From the NCBI GenBank assembly GCA_022574675.1, contig JACZRO010000002.1, positions 8,529 to 72,528 of the forward strand: a stretch of 64,000 nt of DNA, given 5' to 3'. Under the pieces are notes generated by a model. It made no database searches. It was not told where the DNA came from and saw only the letters and a list, made by a program, of their open reading frames with translations. Position 1 is the first letter of the stretch; each line of letters starts with the position of its first letter. The DNA comes from Chloroflexota bacterium (GTDB lineage Bacteria; Chloroflexota; Dehalococcoidia; Lucifugimonadales; Lucifugimonadaceae). A program made the translations under genes and the position numbers. Below, one piece after another: positions 28,123 through 37,515 of the stretch.

Positions 28123-29979
28123 TCAGGCGCGGGATTCCAGTCGGATCTCAAACGCTTCCAGGATGTCACCCTCCCGGAAGTCGATGAACCCCTCGACCCC
28201 GACACCACCCTCGAACCCGGCGTTCAATTCCCGGACATCGTCCTTGAAGTGACGGAGGCTTGCGATCTGGCCGGTGTAGACCGCTTCACCGTCGCGCTGG
28301 ATTCGGATGCTTGCCTGTCGCGTTATCTGGCCGTCCAGTATTCGAACGCCAGCCACACGATACCTGCGCCCGGCGGGGAAGATCGCCTGCACCACGGCGT
28401 GGCCGAGGACGACCTCCGTCTCGATCGGCGCCAGGAGACCCCGGGCGGCGGACCTCAGGTCATCGACAAGGTTGTAGATGATGTTGTATTGCCGGATATC
28501 GACGCCATGGATCGCAGCTTGTTTCTCTGCGCCGGCCTGGGTTCCGGTCTCGAAGGCCATGATCAGCGCGCCGGACGCGGAAGCCAGCATCACGTCACTC
28601 TCGTTCACGGGGCCGGTGGCGGTGTGAATCAGGTTGATCTGCACATCGGCGTCCGATATCTGTTCCGCGCTCCTGCGGACGGCGTCGATGCTGCCCTGTG
28701 TCCCGGTCTTGATGATGACAGAGAGCTCCTCGGCGTCACCGGCGTTCACGCGGCGCATCACCTCCGCCAGGGTGGCCAGGGAACGGCCCTCTCCGGCGCG
28801 ATCCGCCTTCTCCCGCTTTTCTACCATCTGGCGGGCCACCTTCTCGTTAGCGACCACATCCATCTGGACTCCGGGTTCCGGTATGGCTCCCAGGCCCATC
28901 ACTTCGACCGCGTCCGACGGCCCGGCCGATTTGACCGAGTTCCCGTTCGCGTCCACCAGTCCACGGACGCGCCCCCGTGCCTTGCCCACTACGATCTGAT
29001 CGCCAAGCTTTAAGGCACCCGATCGCATGAGGATCGTCGCCAGCGGGCCGCGAGATGAATCGATGTGCGCCTCGAGGCACACGCCAACCCCGGGCGAATT
29101 CGGGTTCGCCTTCAGTTCCTGGACTTCGGCAAGAATCACCAGGTTTTCCAGGAGTTCGTCGATCCCGTCGCCCTTCAGGGCCGAGACTTCGACGGAGACG
29201 ACTTCGCCGCCCCAGCTCTCGACGAGGATGTTTCGTTCCGCAAGCTCGCGCTTCACACGCTCCGGGTCGGCGCCGGCGAGATCGATTTTATTTATCGCGA
29301 CGACCATCGGCACCCCTGCCGCCTGCGCGTGGTCGATCGCTTCGATCGTCTGCGGCATGATGCCGTCGTCGGCAGCCACGACCAGCACCACGATATCGGT
29401 GACCTGGGCGCCGCGTGCGCGCATCATCGTGAAGGCTTCATGGCCGGGGGTGTCGATAAAGGTCAGTTTCTGACCGTCACGCTCCACCTGGTAAGCGCCG
29501 ATGCTTTGCGTGATCCCGCCGGCCTCGGTATCGACCACGGAGGTGCCGCGTATGGAGTCGAGCAGGGTGGTCTTGCCGTGGTCCACATGGCCGAGCACCG
29601 TGATCACGGGCGAACGCGGCACCGCATCTTCATCGTCCGCAGCGTCCACCTTTCCGACAGCGGTCCCGGCGATGCTCTCCACTTCTTCCTGAGGACGCAG
29701 GACCTTTACGCCGATACTGCCTGCGACCGCAGCGGCATTCGCGAAGTCCACGGGGTCGTTCACGGTCATCATGAGCCCGCGGCGCATCAGCAACTTGATC
29801 GTTTCGACGGGACCGGCGCCGATCTTCTCGGCGAGTTCGCCAACGGTCAGGATAGCCGGGATCTCGATAGGCTCGGTCGGGATCTGGCGCTCTTGCACGG
29901 CGGTCTGCGCGCCCGGCCGTGCGCGTCTGCGCCCCCGGCCCCTGGGCCTGCCTGCGAATCCGCTGCGTCGTCTGGCCAT
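28123..29979 (-). CDS. infB: Translation initiation factor IF-2
   Basis: [26 protein letters not shown]. Short Arg-rich N-terminus. Confidence 0.95.
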   Translation of the reverse strand: MARRRSGFAGRPRGRGRRRARPGAQTAVQERQIPTEPIEIPAILTVGELAEKIGAGPVETIKLLMRRGLMMTVNDPVDFANAAAVAGSIGVKVLRPQEEVESIAGTAVGKVDAADDEDAVPRSPVITVLGHVDHGKTTLLDSIRGTSVVDTEAGGITQSIGAYQVERDGQKLTFIDTPGHEAFTMMRARGAQVTDIVVLVVAADDGIMPQTIEAIDHAQAAGVPMVVAINKIDLAGADPERVKRELAERNILVESWGGEVVSVEVSALKGDGIDELLENLVILAEVQELKANPNSPGVGVCLEAHIDSSRGPLATILMRSGALKLGDQIVVGKARGRVRGLVDANGNSVKSAGPSDAVEVMGLGAIPEPGVQMDVVANEKVARQMVEKREKADRAGEGRSLATLAEVMRRVNAGDAEELSVIIKTGTQGSIDAVRRSAEQISDADVQINLIHTATGPVNESDVMLASASGALIMAFETGTQAGAEKQAAIHGVDIRQYNIIYNLVDDLRSAARGLLAPIETEVVLGHAVVQAIFPAGRRYRVAGVRILDGQITRQASIRIQRDGEAVYTGQIASLRHFKDDVRELNAGFEGGVGVEGFIDFREGDILEAFEIRLESRA

Positions 29980-30033
29980 GAATCTCCGTCTTTCCGGTTT
30001 CGTCTCTGTCGGGTTACTGGCGTTCCGGTCGCA

Positions 30034-30321
30034 TCAAATGGTACTTGCAACCGCAAATTCCGCCCTGGCCCACGCCAGCAAGCTGGCCCGTGAGCGATCC
30101 GATCCCTCTCCCCTCAACGAGTGAGCCAGGCCGCCCCGATCCAGGCCTATCTCAAAGCACTTCAACCGCTGGCACAGGTAGGCCCCACGCCCGCCCGCTT
30201 CTCGCGCCCTGCTGGTGACGAAATCGGAGTTCGCATCCCGTGTGACGCGCACGAAGTCCCGCTGCGGTCCCTTACTCTTGCATGCGACACAGGTGCGCAG
30301 CGGTACATGATTCTGCCGCAT
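30034..30321 (-). CDS. ylxR: YlxR/DUF448 family RNA-binding protein
   Basis: RTCVACKSKGPQRDFVRV...GRGAYLC. Lies in the conserved position between nusA and infB. Confidence 0.8.
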   Translation of the reverse strand: MRQNHVPLRTCVACKSKGPQRDFVRVTRDANSDFVTSRAREAGGRGAYLCQRLKCFEIGLDRGGLAHSLRGEGSDRSRASLLAWARAEFAVASTI

Positions 30322-30375
30322 TTACACCTCGCTATCGCCGGACCGGCGCGTATCGTGATTTCGTCGGCTTGAACT

Positions 30376-32073
30376 TTAGCTCGACGTTCCTGCGTTGTCG
30401 CCCGATGGCGCCGGCGACTGCGCCGCCTTGCGAGCCACCGCCCGGCGCGCCTTCGCGCTCAAGTTCTCACCACCACGGCGCCCGCGCCCTCGGCGGCGAG
30501 AACCGCCCTGGTCTCGATAGCCAATGATGTCCTCGGCGAACCTGAGGGTTCCGGTTTCACCCTCGTCATCGGAAGAAGGCATCTGCCAGATGTCGTCGGA
30601 CCCGAAATCGATGATCTGCGCTGCCTCGGTTGCTGCGGCGGCTTCGGCTTGTTCCTGTTCCTCAAGGATCTTCAATTCTTCTTCCAACGCCTGAAGGGCA
30701 AGAACCTCTTCCGGAGACACGGTCGGGTCCGCTGTCGGCTTTTGCGCAACCTCGCTCACCGGCGCAGGCTCGGGGGCGGCGGCCGGCTGTTCGACTACCG
30801 GCTCAGGCTCGACGACGACTTCAGCGACGGCTGCCGGCGCGGCCTCTTCGGTCGGCTCGGCGGGCGCTTCAACTTTCGCCGCAACAGGCTCCGCTACCGG
30901 CTCCTCAACAATCTCCGCAACCTCGGCCGGCGCAGCGTCGGCAACCGGCGCCTCCTCCACGGCCGCAACGATCTCGGATATCGCATCGACGACGGCCGGT
31001 GGAGTCTCAATTTCCGGCGCCTGTGACTGCGAATATTCGGACACCGACTTGATGTCTATGCGCCAATCGGTCAGCTTCGCCGCAAGACGGGCGTTCTGCC
31101 CCTCGCGGCCGATCGCCAGTGAAAGAGCGCGGTCCGGTACGACCACGATCGCCGACCGCTCTTCTTCGTCAAGGATCACGTTGTCGACCTGGGCCGGGCT
31201 AAGCGAGTTGGCGATGTAGGTCGAAATGTCCTCGGCGAACTCAACCACGTCGATCTTCTCGCCGTGGAGTTCGCTTACGACGTTCTGGATACGGATGCCG
31301 CGCAAACCGACACACGCCCCGACGGCGTCGACACCAGTCTGGTGAGACTGGACGGCGACCTTGCTCCGGGCGCCGGGCTCGCGGGCGATGTTCTTGATCT
31401 CTACGATCCCGTTGTAGATCTCCGGGACTTCGGCCTCAAACAATCTGCGGATCAGGTCCGGGTGGGTTCGTGATGCGATGATTTCCGGGCCGCGGACGGT
31501 GCGCGCCACCTCAACGATGTAGACCTTCACCTTGTAGCCCGGACGGTACCTCTCGGACGGCACCTGCTCGGACGGTGGCATGATCGCCTCGGCACGGCCA
31601 ACGTCCAGCACGACGCCCCTCGCGTCGCCCCTCTGGACGGTCACGGTCAGAACTTCGCCGATCTTATCCTGGAACTCGTCGAAGACGATCTCCCGCTCGG
31701 CTTCGCGCAGCCGCTGCATCACCACCTGCTTGGCGGTCTGAGCAGCTATGCGGCCGGGGTTTTCGGTGATGGTCCCTGTGACGACGTACTGCCCGACGGT
31801 AGCGCTCTCGTCGATCTTGATCGCGTCGCTCAGGTACACCATCGCCAGAGGCTCTTCCATCTCGGCGCCGTCTGCGACGACGGTGCGGACGGTGTGGACC
31901 TCCATCTCGCCGGTGTCCGGGTCGAGCAGCACCGTGACATCCTGCCCTTTGGACATCGCGTCGCGCTTGTACGCGGAGACGAGAGCCTCCTGGATGGCGC
32001 TCAGTACCACGCCATGCGGGAGAGCCCTCTCGGCAGCGAGTTGTGTTACTGCAAGGAGCAGGTCACTCTTCAC
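30376..32073 (-). CDS. nusA: Transcription termination/antitermination factor NusA with a ~220-aa low-complexity C-terminal extension
   Basis: N-terminal domain, S1 and two KH domains ([24 protein letters not shown]) in residues 1-345. GTG start with GGAAGG Shine-Dalgarno. Confidence 0.95.
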   Translation of the reverse strand: MKSDLLLAVTQLAAERALPHGVVLSAIQEALVSAYKRDAMSKGQDVTVLLDPDTGEMEVHTVRTVVADGAEMEEPLAMVYLSDAIKIDESATVGQYVVTGTITENPGRIAAQTAKQVVMQRLREAEREIVFDEFQDKIGEVLTVTVQRGDARGVVLDVGRAEAIMPPSEQVPSERYRPGYKVKVYIVEVARTVRGPEIIASRTHPDLIRRLFEAEVPEIYNGIVEIKNIAREPGARSKVAVQSHQTGVDAVGACVGLRGIRIQNVVSELHGEKIDVVEFAEDISTYIANSLSPAQVDNVILDEEERSAIVVVPDRALSLAIGREGQNARLAAKLTDWRIDIKSVSEYSQSQAPEIETPPAVVDAISEIVAAVEEAPVADAAPAEVAEIVEEPVAEPVAAKVEAPAEPTEEAAPAAVAEVVVEPEPVVEQPAAAPEPAPVSEVAQKPTADPTVSPEEVLALQALEEELKILEEQEQAEAAAATEAAQIIDFGSDDIWQMPSSDDEGETGTLRFAEDIIGYRDQGGSRRRGRGRRGGENLSAKARRAVARKAAQSPAPSGDNAGTSS

Positions 32074-32109
32074 AGTTTTACCTTCCGGTCCGACTCAAAA
32101 TTGCCCTAG

Positions 32110-32140
32110 ACAAACAAAAAAGTGGGGCAAACCCACTTCC
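32110..32140 (-). terminator. Intrinsic terminator in the nusA leader
   Basis: Minus strand AAGTGGG-tttgc-CCCACTT followed by TTTTGTTTG. It sits about 45 nt upstream of the nusA GTG. Confidence 0.6.
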
Positions 32141-32177
32141 TCAGTAGCGATCGTTACCCCGATCAAACTCATCTGTC

Positions 32178-32206
32178 AGTATATTCCAGACGGTCAGTAT
32201 TCGCAA
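32178..32206 (-). promoter_or_regulatory. Candidate sigma70-type promoter for the nusA operon
   Basis: Minus strand TTGCGA (32206..32201), 17-nt spacer, TATACT (32183..32178). Confidence 0.5.
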
Positions 32207-32345
32207 TCGTCGCCGAGGCAGGCCGCAAACGTAAAATCGGCATTCCTTTACGGATTTCGACGCGCTCACGACTAAGCTCGGCGCCGGTAGTGACTCAGCC
32301 CGCCGATCTCTTCACTTCCCAGCTTTGCTTCGGATAGCGCCCACA

Positions 32346-32999
32346 ATGAAACTTGCACTGGTCCTGGATTTCGACGGGACTATCACCACAAGAGACATCG
32401 GCGTCGAGATCATCAAGAACTTCGCTGACCCGGGCTGGGAGGAAGGGCTGCGCCGCTGGAGGGCGGGAGAAATAGGCCAGAGCCAGCTCATGGAGTGGGA
32501 GTTCGCCCGGCTGCCGGCCGGGCGGGCGATGGAGATGCGGCAGTGGGCGCTTCGTGAGGCGGAGGTCCGGCCCGGACTCGCTGGCTTGATGGAGCTGTGC
32601 CGGGCGAACGGCGTGAAGGTGGAGGTGGTCTCGAACGGGATGTCGTTCTATGTGGAAGCCGTCCTGGAGAGAGAGGGGCTCTCAGGCCTGCCATTTGTCG
32701 CGCCGATTCCGACGTTTAACCGCGTGGACGGTCCCGTCGTTGAGTTCAGTGACGGCGTCGCCACCTGCGAGCGCACCGGGTTGTGCAAGTGCGAAAGGGT
32801 TCTCAGGTTGCGATCGAGCGGGCGGAAGATCGTGTTCGTCGGGGACGGCATTTCCGACTTCTGCGTCGCGGAAGAGGCGGACTTCGTCATCGCGCGCTCG
32901 GCGTTGAAAAAGCACTGTGCAGACCACGGTATCGCCCACAGCGAGTTCCAGGATTTTGATGACGTCCGCCGTGAATTGGCGTCACTGCTCGCGATGTGA
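32346..32999 (+). CDS. HAD-IB family phosphatase (MtnX / phosphoserine-phosphatase-like)
   Basis: LVLDFDGTIT (motif I) and FVGDGISDF (motif IV). Confidence 0.75.
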   Translation: MKLALVLDFDGTITTRDIGVEIIKNFADPGWEEGLRRWRAGEIGQSQLMEWEFARLPAGRAMEMRQWALREAEVRPGLAGLMELCRANGVKVEVVSNGMSFYVEAVLEREGLSGLPFVAPIPTFNRVDGPVVEFSDGVATCERTGLCKCERVLRLRSSGRKIVFVGDGISDFCVAEEADFVIARSALKKHCADHGIAHSEFQDFDDVRRELASLLAM

Positions 33000-33109
33000 C
33001 CCGCCCTCTATTACCATCCAGAATTGAGATCCCGCGGTGCTGCGTTCGGCAATCATCGCTTTCATACCATCGGCCGGACGGCCGGGAGCGTCGCGTAGTG
33101 GCAGACGGC

Positions 33110-34276
33110 ATGTCGCCGGAATCGCTCGAACGGCGGATACGCCAGTACGAGACCTTCGGGGTCCATCGCACCGGATGGCCGGGCGACATGGAATCTGCGG
33201 AGTGGATGCGAGCGGAGTTGACTGCGGCCGGCATCGATGCGTCGCTCGAAGAGTTTGAGTTCCCGATGCTCGAGTCCCGCGCGGCCCGGTTGTCGTGGGA
33301 CGGCGGCGGCCTGGAGGGGGTCCCCCTCCACGATTGCGGCCTGACGGGACCGGGGGGAGTGTCGGGCGCGCTGGCGCCGGCCGGCGTGGCCGACACCCGG
33401 GGCAGGATAGTAATCGCCCGGGAGAACGATCCGGATTTCAGCCAGGCACACATCTATGAGCGGGTCGCCGATCTTGAGCGGTCGGGCGCCGCCGGGCTGG
33501 TGTTGCCGCGCTGCGACTCACTCGGCGCGATAAACGTGATGAACGCTTATCGCATCGGCCGGCCGCTCGGCCTTCCTGTGCTCCAGGTCGCATGCCCCGG
33601 CGAAACAGATCTGGCAGAGGCGGCCGAACACGGCGGACAAGCCGTTCTGACGATCGATGCGGATCGGGAGCCCGGCGCCGCCTTTAACGTGGTGGCTACT
33701 CTGCCGGGCGAAGACGGCGACGCCGCGCCGCTGGCGATCATGACGCCGCGCTCCGGCTGGTTCACCTGCGCCTCAGAGCGCGGCGGCGGCATCGCCATAT
33801 GGTTGGGGCTCGCCGAAGCGATCCACGCCATGCAGTCGCGACGACGCACGGTGCACATGGTGGCGTCGAGCGGGCACGAACTTGACCATTACGGACTCCA
33901 GGGTTTCCTCGGCGACCGGCAGGGCCTGGAAACGAGAGCCATCGCATGGCTGCACCTGGGAGCGTTGATCGGCAGCCGCGCGACGCCGGTCAGAATCGAG
34001 CCGAGCGACGACGAACTCGGAGCCCTGGCGGAATCAGCCTTCAGATCCTCCGGGGCCAAACGCTGGGCGATGTGGAACCAGCGAGGCGGAGAGGCGGCGA
34101 ACATTGCGGCCGCCGGAGGCCGCTACATATCGCTGCGCGGCGGACCGTCGGACACCGGCGGCGATACCTTCTTCCACAGCCCGAACGACTCTTTCGACCG
34201 CGCCTCCGACATCGAGCTGGTGGCCGCGAGCGGTCGCGCCTGCGTGGCGATGGTGGAGGAATTGATCTCGGTCTGA
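33110..34276 (+). CDS. M28-peptidase-like protein with PA-like insert; metal ligands not obviously conserved
   Basis: The layout ...AIMTPRSGW...ASERGGGIAIWLGLAEA...RRTVHMVASSGHELDHYGLQGF resembles the M28 core pattern, but with substitutions at expected His/Asp/Glu ligands. Confidence 0.4.
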   Translation: MSPESLERRIRQYETFGVHRTGWPGDMESAEWMRAELTAAGIDASLEEFEFPMLESRAARLSWDGGGLEGVPLHDCGLTGPGGVSGALAPAGVADTRGRIVIARENDPDFSQAHIYERVADLERSGAAGLVLPRCDSLGAINVMNAYRIGRPLGLPVLQVACPGETDLAEAAEHGGQAVLTIDADREPGAAFNVVATLPGEDGDAAPLAIMTPRSGWFTCASERGGGIAIWLGLAEAIHAMQSRRRTVHMVASSGHELDHYGLQGFLGDRQGLETRAIAWLHLGALIGSRATPVRIEPSDDELGALAESAFRSSGAKRWAMWNQRGGEAANIAAAGGRYISLRGGPSDTGGDTFFHSPNDSFDRASDIELVAASGRACVAMVEELISV

Positions 34277-34324
34277 ACTGTCAGCTGAGCGTGCCGCGCT
34301 ATTTTTCGTGACCTGGAGCGACGG

Positions 34325-34846
34325 CTAACTGGGATACCATCGCCGTTGCTCGATCAGGCCGCGCACGTACGATGCCTGGCCGACGTGTTGCATGTTGCCG
34401 TTGACCACCGAGATGAGGCGCTCCCCTACGGTGGCGGCCGGAGGTGGTGTGTCGACCACGCGATCAAGATCGTCCGGGTCGAGTCCCGACAGGTAGTTCC
34501 GGGTGCGATTCAGAACGGCGTCGAAATGCTCAAGCAGGGTGGCGGTGTCCGGCGCCGCAAAGGCTGACACGCGCGCCGCGTCGTGGCCCATGCCGGTGTC
34601 CTGAGGATCGGCGGGCATGCCGTAGCGTTCGTGCCAGCGGTCCCGTACCCAGATCTGATCTTCGCCGGTAACGGCCGCGATTCCGCGGTCCTGCATCCTC
34701 GCCATGTGCCAGATCAGCCATCCAACCGGGTTGGACTCAGCCCCCGGCCGGTGTGCGAGTTGTTCCGGCGTCAATCCCTCCAGGGTAAGCGCCACGGTGG
34801 AGCGGACGGTCGTCAGCGCTCCCGAGACGAAATCTGCGACGTCCAC
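34325..34846 (-). CDS. DinB-family protein
   Basis: LEGLTPEQLAHRPGAESNPVGWLIWHMARMQD plus later His residues of the DinB triad. Confidence 0.8.
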   Translation of the reverse strand: MDVADFVSGALTTVRSTVALTLEGLTPEQLAHRPGAESNPVGWLIWHMARMQDRGIAAVTGEDQIWVRDRWHERYGMPADPQDTGMGHDAARVSAFAAPDTATLLEHFDAVLNRTRNYLSGLDPDDLDRVVDTPPPAATVGERLISVVNGNMQHVGQASYVRGLIEQRRWYPS

Positions 34847-34936
34847 GGATCGACTCCTCAGGTTTTGAGAACCCTGTTTTGAGTATCAGGCCCGGCGTCC
34901 GGGCAGGTGTTCTGGCCGGGCCGGCGATAACCGGTG

Positions 34937-36352
34937 TTAGCCGGGCGACAGGTTGAGAGAGAACGGTACGTCAGGGTGCTGTTCGATCATCCGGGTCCAT
35001 GCGCGACGACCGATGCGGTCCACCTCGTCTATCAACTCCGCCTCGTTCACGGTGAGCACGCGGCCGTCGCGCATCGCCCACTTCCCATCGATCATCACCG
35101 CCTCGATGTCGCCCGGCTGGCCGTTGTGGATGAATGAAGAGACGATACGCATGGTCGGCACCAGGTGGGCGCGACGCATGTCGATCATGAAAAGGTCGGC
35201 CTTCTTGCCCGTTTCCAGGGACCCGATCCGCTCTTCCATTTGCAGGGCGCGGGCCGATCCCATCGTGGCCCATTCGACAACATCCTCGGGCTGCGGGCTG
35301 ATGGCGTTTCCGGTCGCGACGCGCTCCGTCCGAAGCGCCGTGCGCATCACCTCGAACATGTCCTGCGTGTTGTTGTCCGTTCCGAGCCCAACGATGCATC
35401 CAGCGTCACGGAGCGCCGGGATGGGCGGGTGAACCGCCCGCAGCGCCGCCATCGCCGGCTGGTGGGTGATGTGCGTACGAGCTTCGCCAAGCGCGGCGAT
35501 CTCTCCCTCGTCCACATAGCGGCAGTGCGCCGCGACGAGCCGTGGTCCCAGGAAGTCGTTTTCCGCCAGGTAGTTGGAAGGCCTCAAACCCCGCGTCGCG
35601 ATCATCGTGTCGATCTCCAGACGGCTCTGCGCCAGGTGAATCGTGTAACCCGTGTCGTAGCGCTCGGCCATCGCCCGCACTTCCGCGAGCAGTTCCGGCG
35701 AACTTGTCTCCACAAGCTGGGCCGATGCGAAACAGGTCACGCGGCCGTCCCGAGCGCCATGCCAGCTGGAGAACAGGTCCGCCGCTCGCCGCAATTTCGT
35801 GTCGCGCTGCCCGGCTGAATAGCCCGACGGCGGCTGTCCCGGTCGATAATCCGGACCCACCACGCCGTCGTCGGTGTTCTCCGCCAGGATCAATCGCAAC
35901 CCGGTGCCGGCGATCGAAGCGGCGTACACGTCGATCCCCGAGGCCATCTCCAGCAGGGTGGTGGAACCGGAGCGAATCGCCTCGACGGCGCCGAGCGTCG
36001 CCAGCGTTATGCGCTCCTCGTCGCTTATTAACGAATAGATGCTGACCGGGAACGGCAGGTCGGGCGGAAACCCGAAATCCTCTGTAATTCCCCGCGACAA
36101 CACGTTCACCAGGTGCGCGTGGCAGTTGATCAAGCCCGGGAAGACGGCCTTGCCCCGGCCGTCGATGACCTCTGCGCCCGGGTTTGACGCGATCACGTCC
36201 GCTGACGAGCCGACCGCGGAGATCACGTCGTCCGTGATCGCTATCGCGCCGCCATGGATTACGTTGCGCGCCGCGTCGCCGGTGACGATCGTGGCGTTGG
36301 CGATGATGGTTGACGGCATGTATCTGTTGCGGCGGATGCCCGGGTTGCCCAA
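34937..36352 (-). CDS. Amidohydrolase-superfamily deaminase/chlorohydrolase-like enzyme
   Basis: PGLINCHAHL, ...HLAQS..., GLGTDN. Confidence 0.8.
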   Translation of the reverse strand: MGNPGIRRNRYMPSTIIANATIVTGDAARNVIHGGAIAITDDVISAVGSSADVIASNPGAEVIDGRGKAVFPGLINCHAHLVNVLSRGITEDFGFPPDLPFPVSIYSLISDEERITLATLGAVEAIRSGSTTLLEMASGIDVYAASIAGTGLRLILAENTDDGVVGPDYRPGQPPSGYSAGQRDTKLRRAADLFSSWHGARDGRVTCFASAQLVETSSPELLAEVRAMAERYDTGYTIHLAQSRLEIDTMIATRGLRPSNYLAENDFLGPRLVAAHCRYVDEGEIAALGEARTHITHQPAMAALRAVHPPIPALRDAGCIVGLGTDNNTQDMFEVMRTALRTERVATGNAISPQPEDVVEWATMGSARALQMEERIGSLETGKKADLFMIDMRRAHLVPTMRIVSSFIHNGQPGDIEAVMIDGKWAMRDGRVLTVNEAELIDEVDRIGRRAWTRMIEQHPDVPFSLNLSPG

Positions 36353-36401
36353 TTTCTGGGCTCCGCCTACGTGGGAATGACGGTTTCTATCGGACCCGTT
36401 T

Positions 36402-36773
36402 TTAATCCCGGGAGGGAGGGAGCAGTTCCAGGAACTCGATCCGCTGGTTCTCGATCAATGGGCGTATCTCGCCCCCAAGTTCCCTCGCCGCCGGCGGAGG
36501 GGCGTGGCCTTCTCTATACGGGGACATGATGGCGTCATCTGTCCAGTCAAGAACGACGACGTTCTGGTCGCCCGGCAGCGTCGCACCGTTGTAGGAAACC
36601 CGGAATTCGCTACGGTGGCCGACGTCTCTGTACGCCTGGGCCTGTTTTTGCAGCAGCATCGCCAAATTGCGAGCCTCGCCCGGTTTGGCATTGAAGATTC
36701 TCCTGATCAGGTACAACTCTGGCTCTCCCGTGGTCAAGGTGGATGGAGCCTCCATCAGAGGCGAGCGGAGCAT
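36402..36773 (-). CDS. Hypothetical protein (123 aa)
   Basis: Protein-like ORF. No family recognised; possibly a ferredoxin-like alpha/beta fold. Confidence 0.4.
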   Translation of the reverse strand: MLRSPLMEAPSTLTTGEPELYLIRRIFNAKPGEARNLAMLLQKQAQAYRDVGHRSEFRVSYNGATLPGDQNVVVLDWTDDAIMSPYREGHAPPPAARELGGEIRPLIENQRIEFLELLPPSRD

Positions 36774-36953
36774 ACCTGACAGAGCCGCGGAACGTGGTGA
36801 TTTCTATTCGCGTGTTCTGTTAGACGAGTCTGGGGCTGACTTTTCGAACGGATTGGCGCAAGGACCATTGCCTTCATGCGCTATCATCTGACGCTCCGAC
36901 GATCGCCACCGCGTTGGCGACGCCGAAATCCGGCATATTGAGGAGGTCCATGC

Positions 36954-37430
36954 ATGCCAGCCGTCTCTGGATTGGGTCATGTGGGGATTCACGTAAACGA
37001 TCTGATGGCGCAGCGAGACTTCTACTCTCGGATCATGGGTCTCAAGATCGCCGACGAGGATCTTGAGGATCGAAAGATGGTGTTTTTCAGCGCCAACCCG
37101 GAAGAAGAGCACCACGAGTTCGTGATCGTCGCAGGCCGCACCGCGCCCGAAGACACGGTGCTGATCAACCAGATCTCGTTCAAGGTCGACACGCTTGCGG
37201 AGCTCAAGGAGTTCTACGACGTATTCCGTGCCGAAGGCGTCCGCATCGATCGTACTGTGAGCCACGGCAACGCCTTCGGGATGTACGCACGCGACCCGGA
37301 AGGCAACACCATCGAGGTGTATTACAAGACCGGGTTCCCGGTTCCGCAACCTCACGCCGACATCGTCGATTTCGACGCGCCTGAAGAAGAGTTACTGGCC
37401 GCCGCCAGGGCGCTAATACCGACATCCTGA
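36954..37430 (+). CDS. VOC-family (glyoxalase/extradiol dioxygenase-like) protein
   Basis: GLGHVGIHVNDLMAQRDFYSRIMGL...HHEFV...NTIEVY. Confidence 0.8.
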   Translation: MPAVSGLGHVGIHVNDLMAQRDFYSRIMGLKIADEDLEDRKMVFFSANPEEEHHEFVIVAGRTAPEDTVLINQISFKVDTLAELKEFYDVFRAEGVRIDRTVSHGNAFGMYARDPEGNTIEVYYKTGFPVPQPHADIVDFDAPEEELLAAARALIPTS

Positions 37431-37515
37431 ACGCCGGGTCCGGTGGACCTGGACCGAAATGGGCGTGACGATTACGCCGTTCACATGAAAGTTGCCGTAT
37501 TCAGCGCCGGGGCGT

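Noticed and set aside
28015-30093. Plus-strand ORFs of 332 and 342 aa.
   Set aside because: They are antisense to infB, which is unambiguous. These are shadow ORFs with low-complexity composition.
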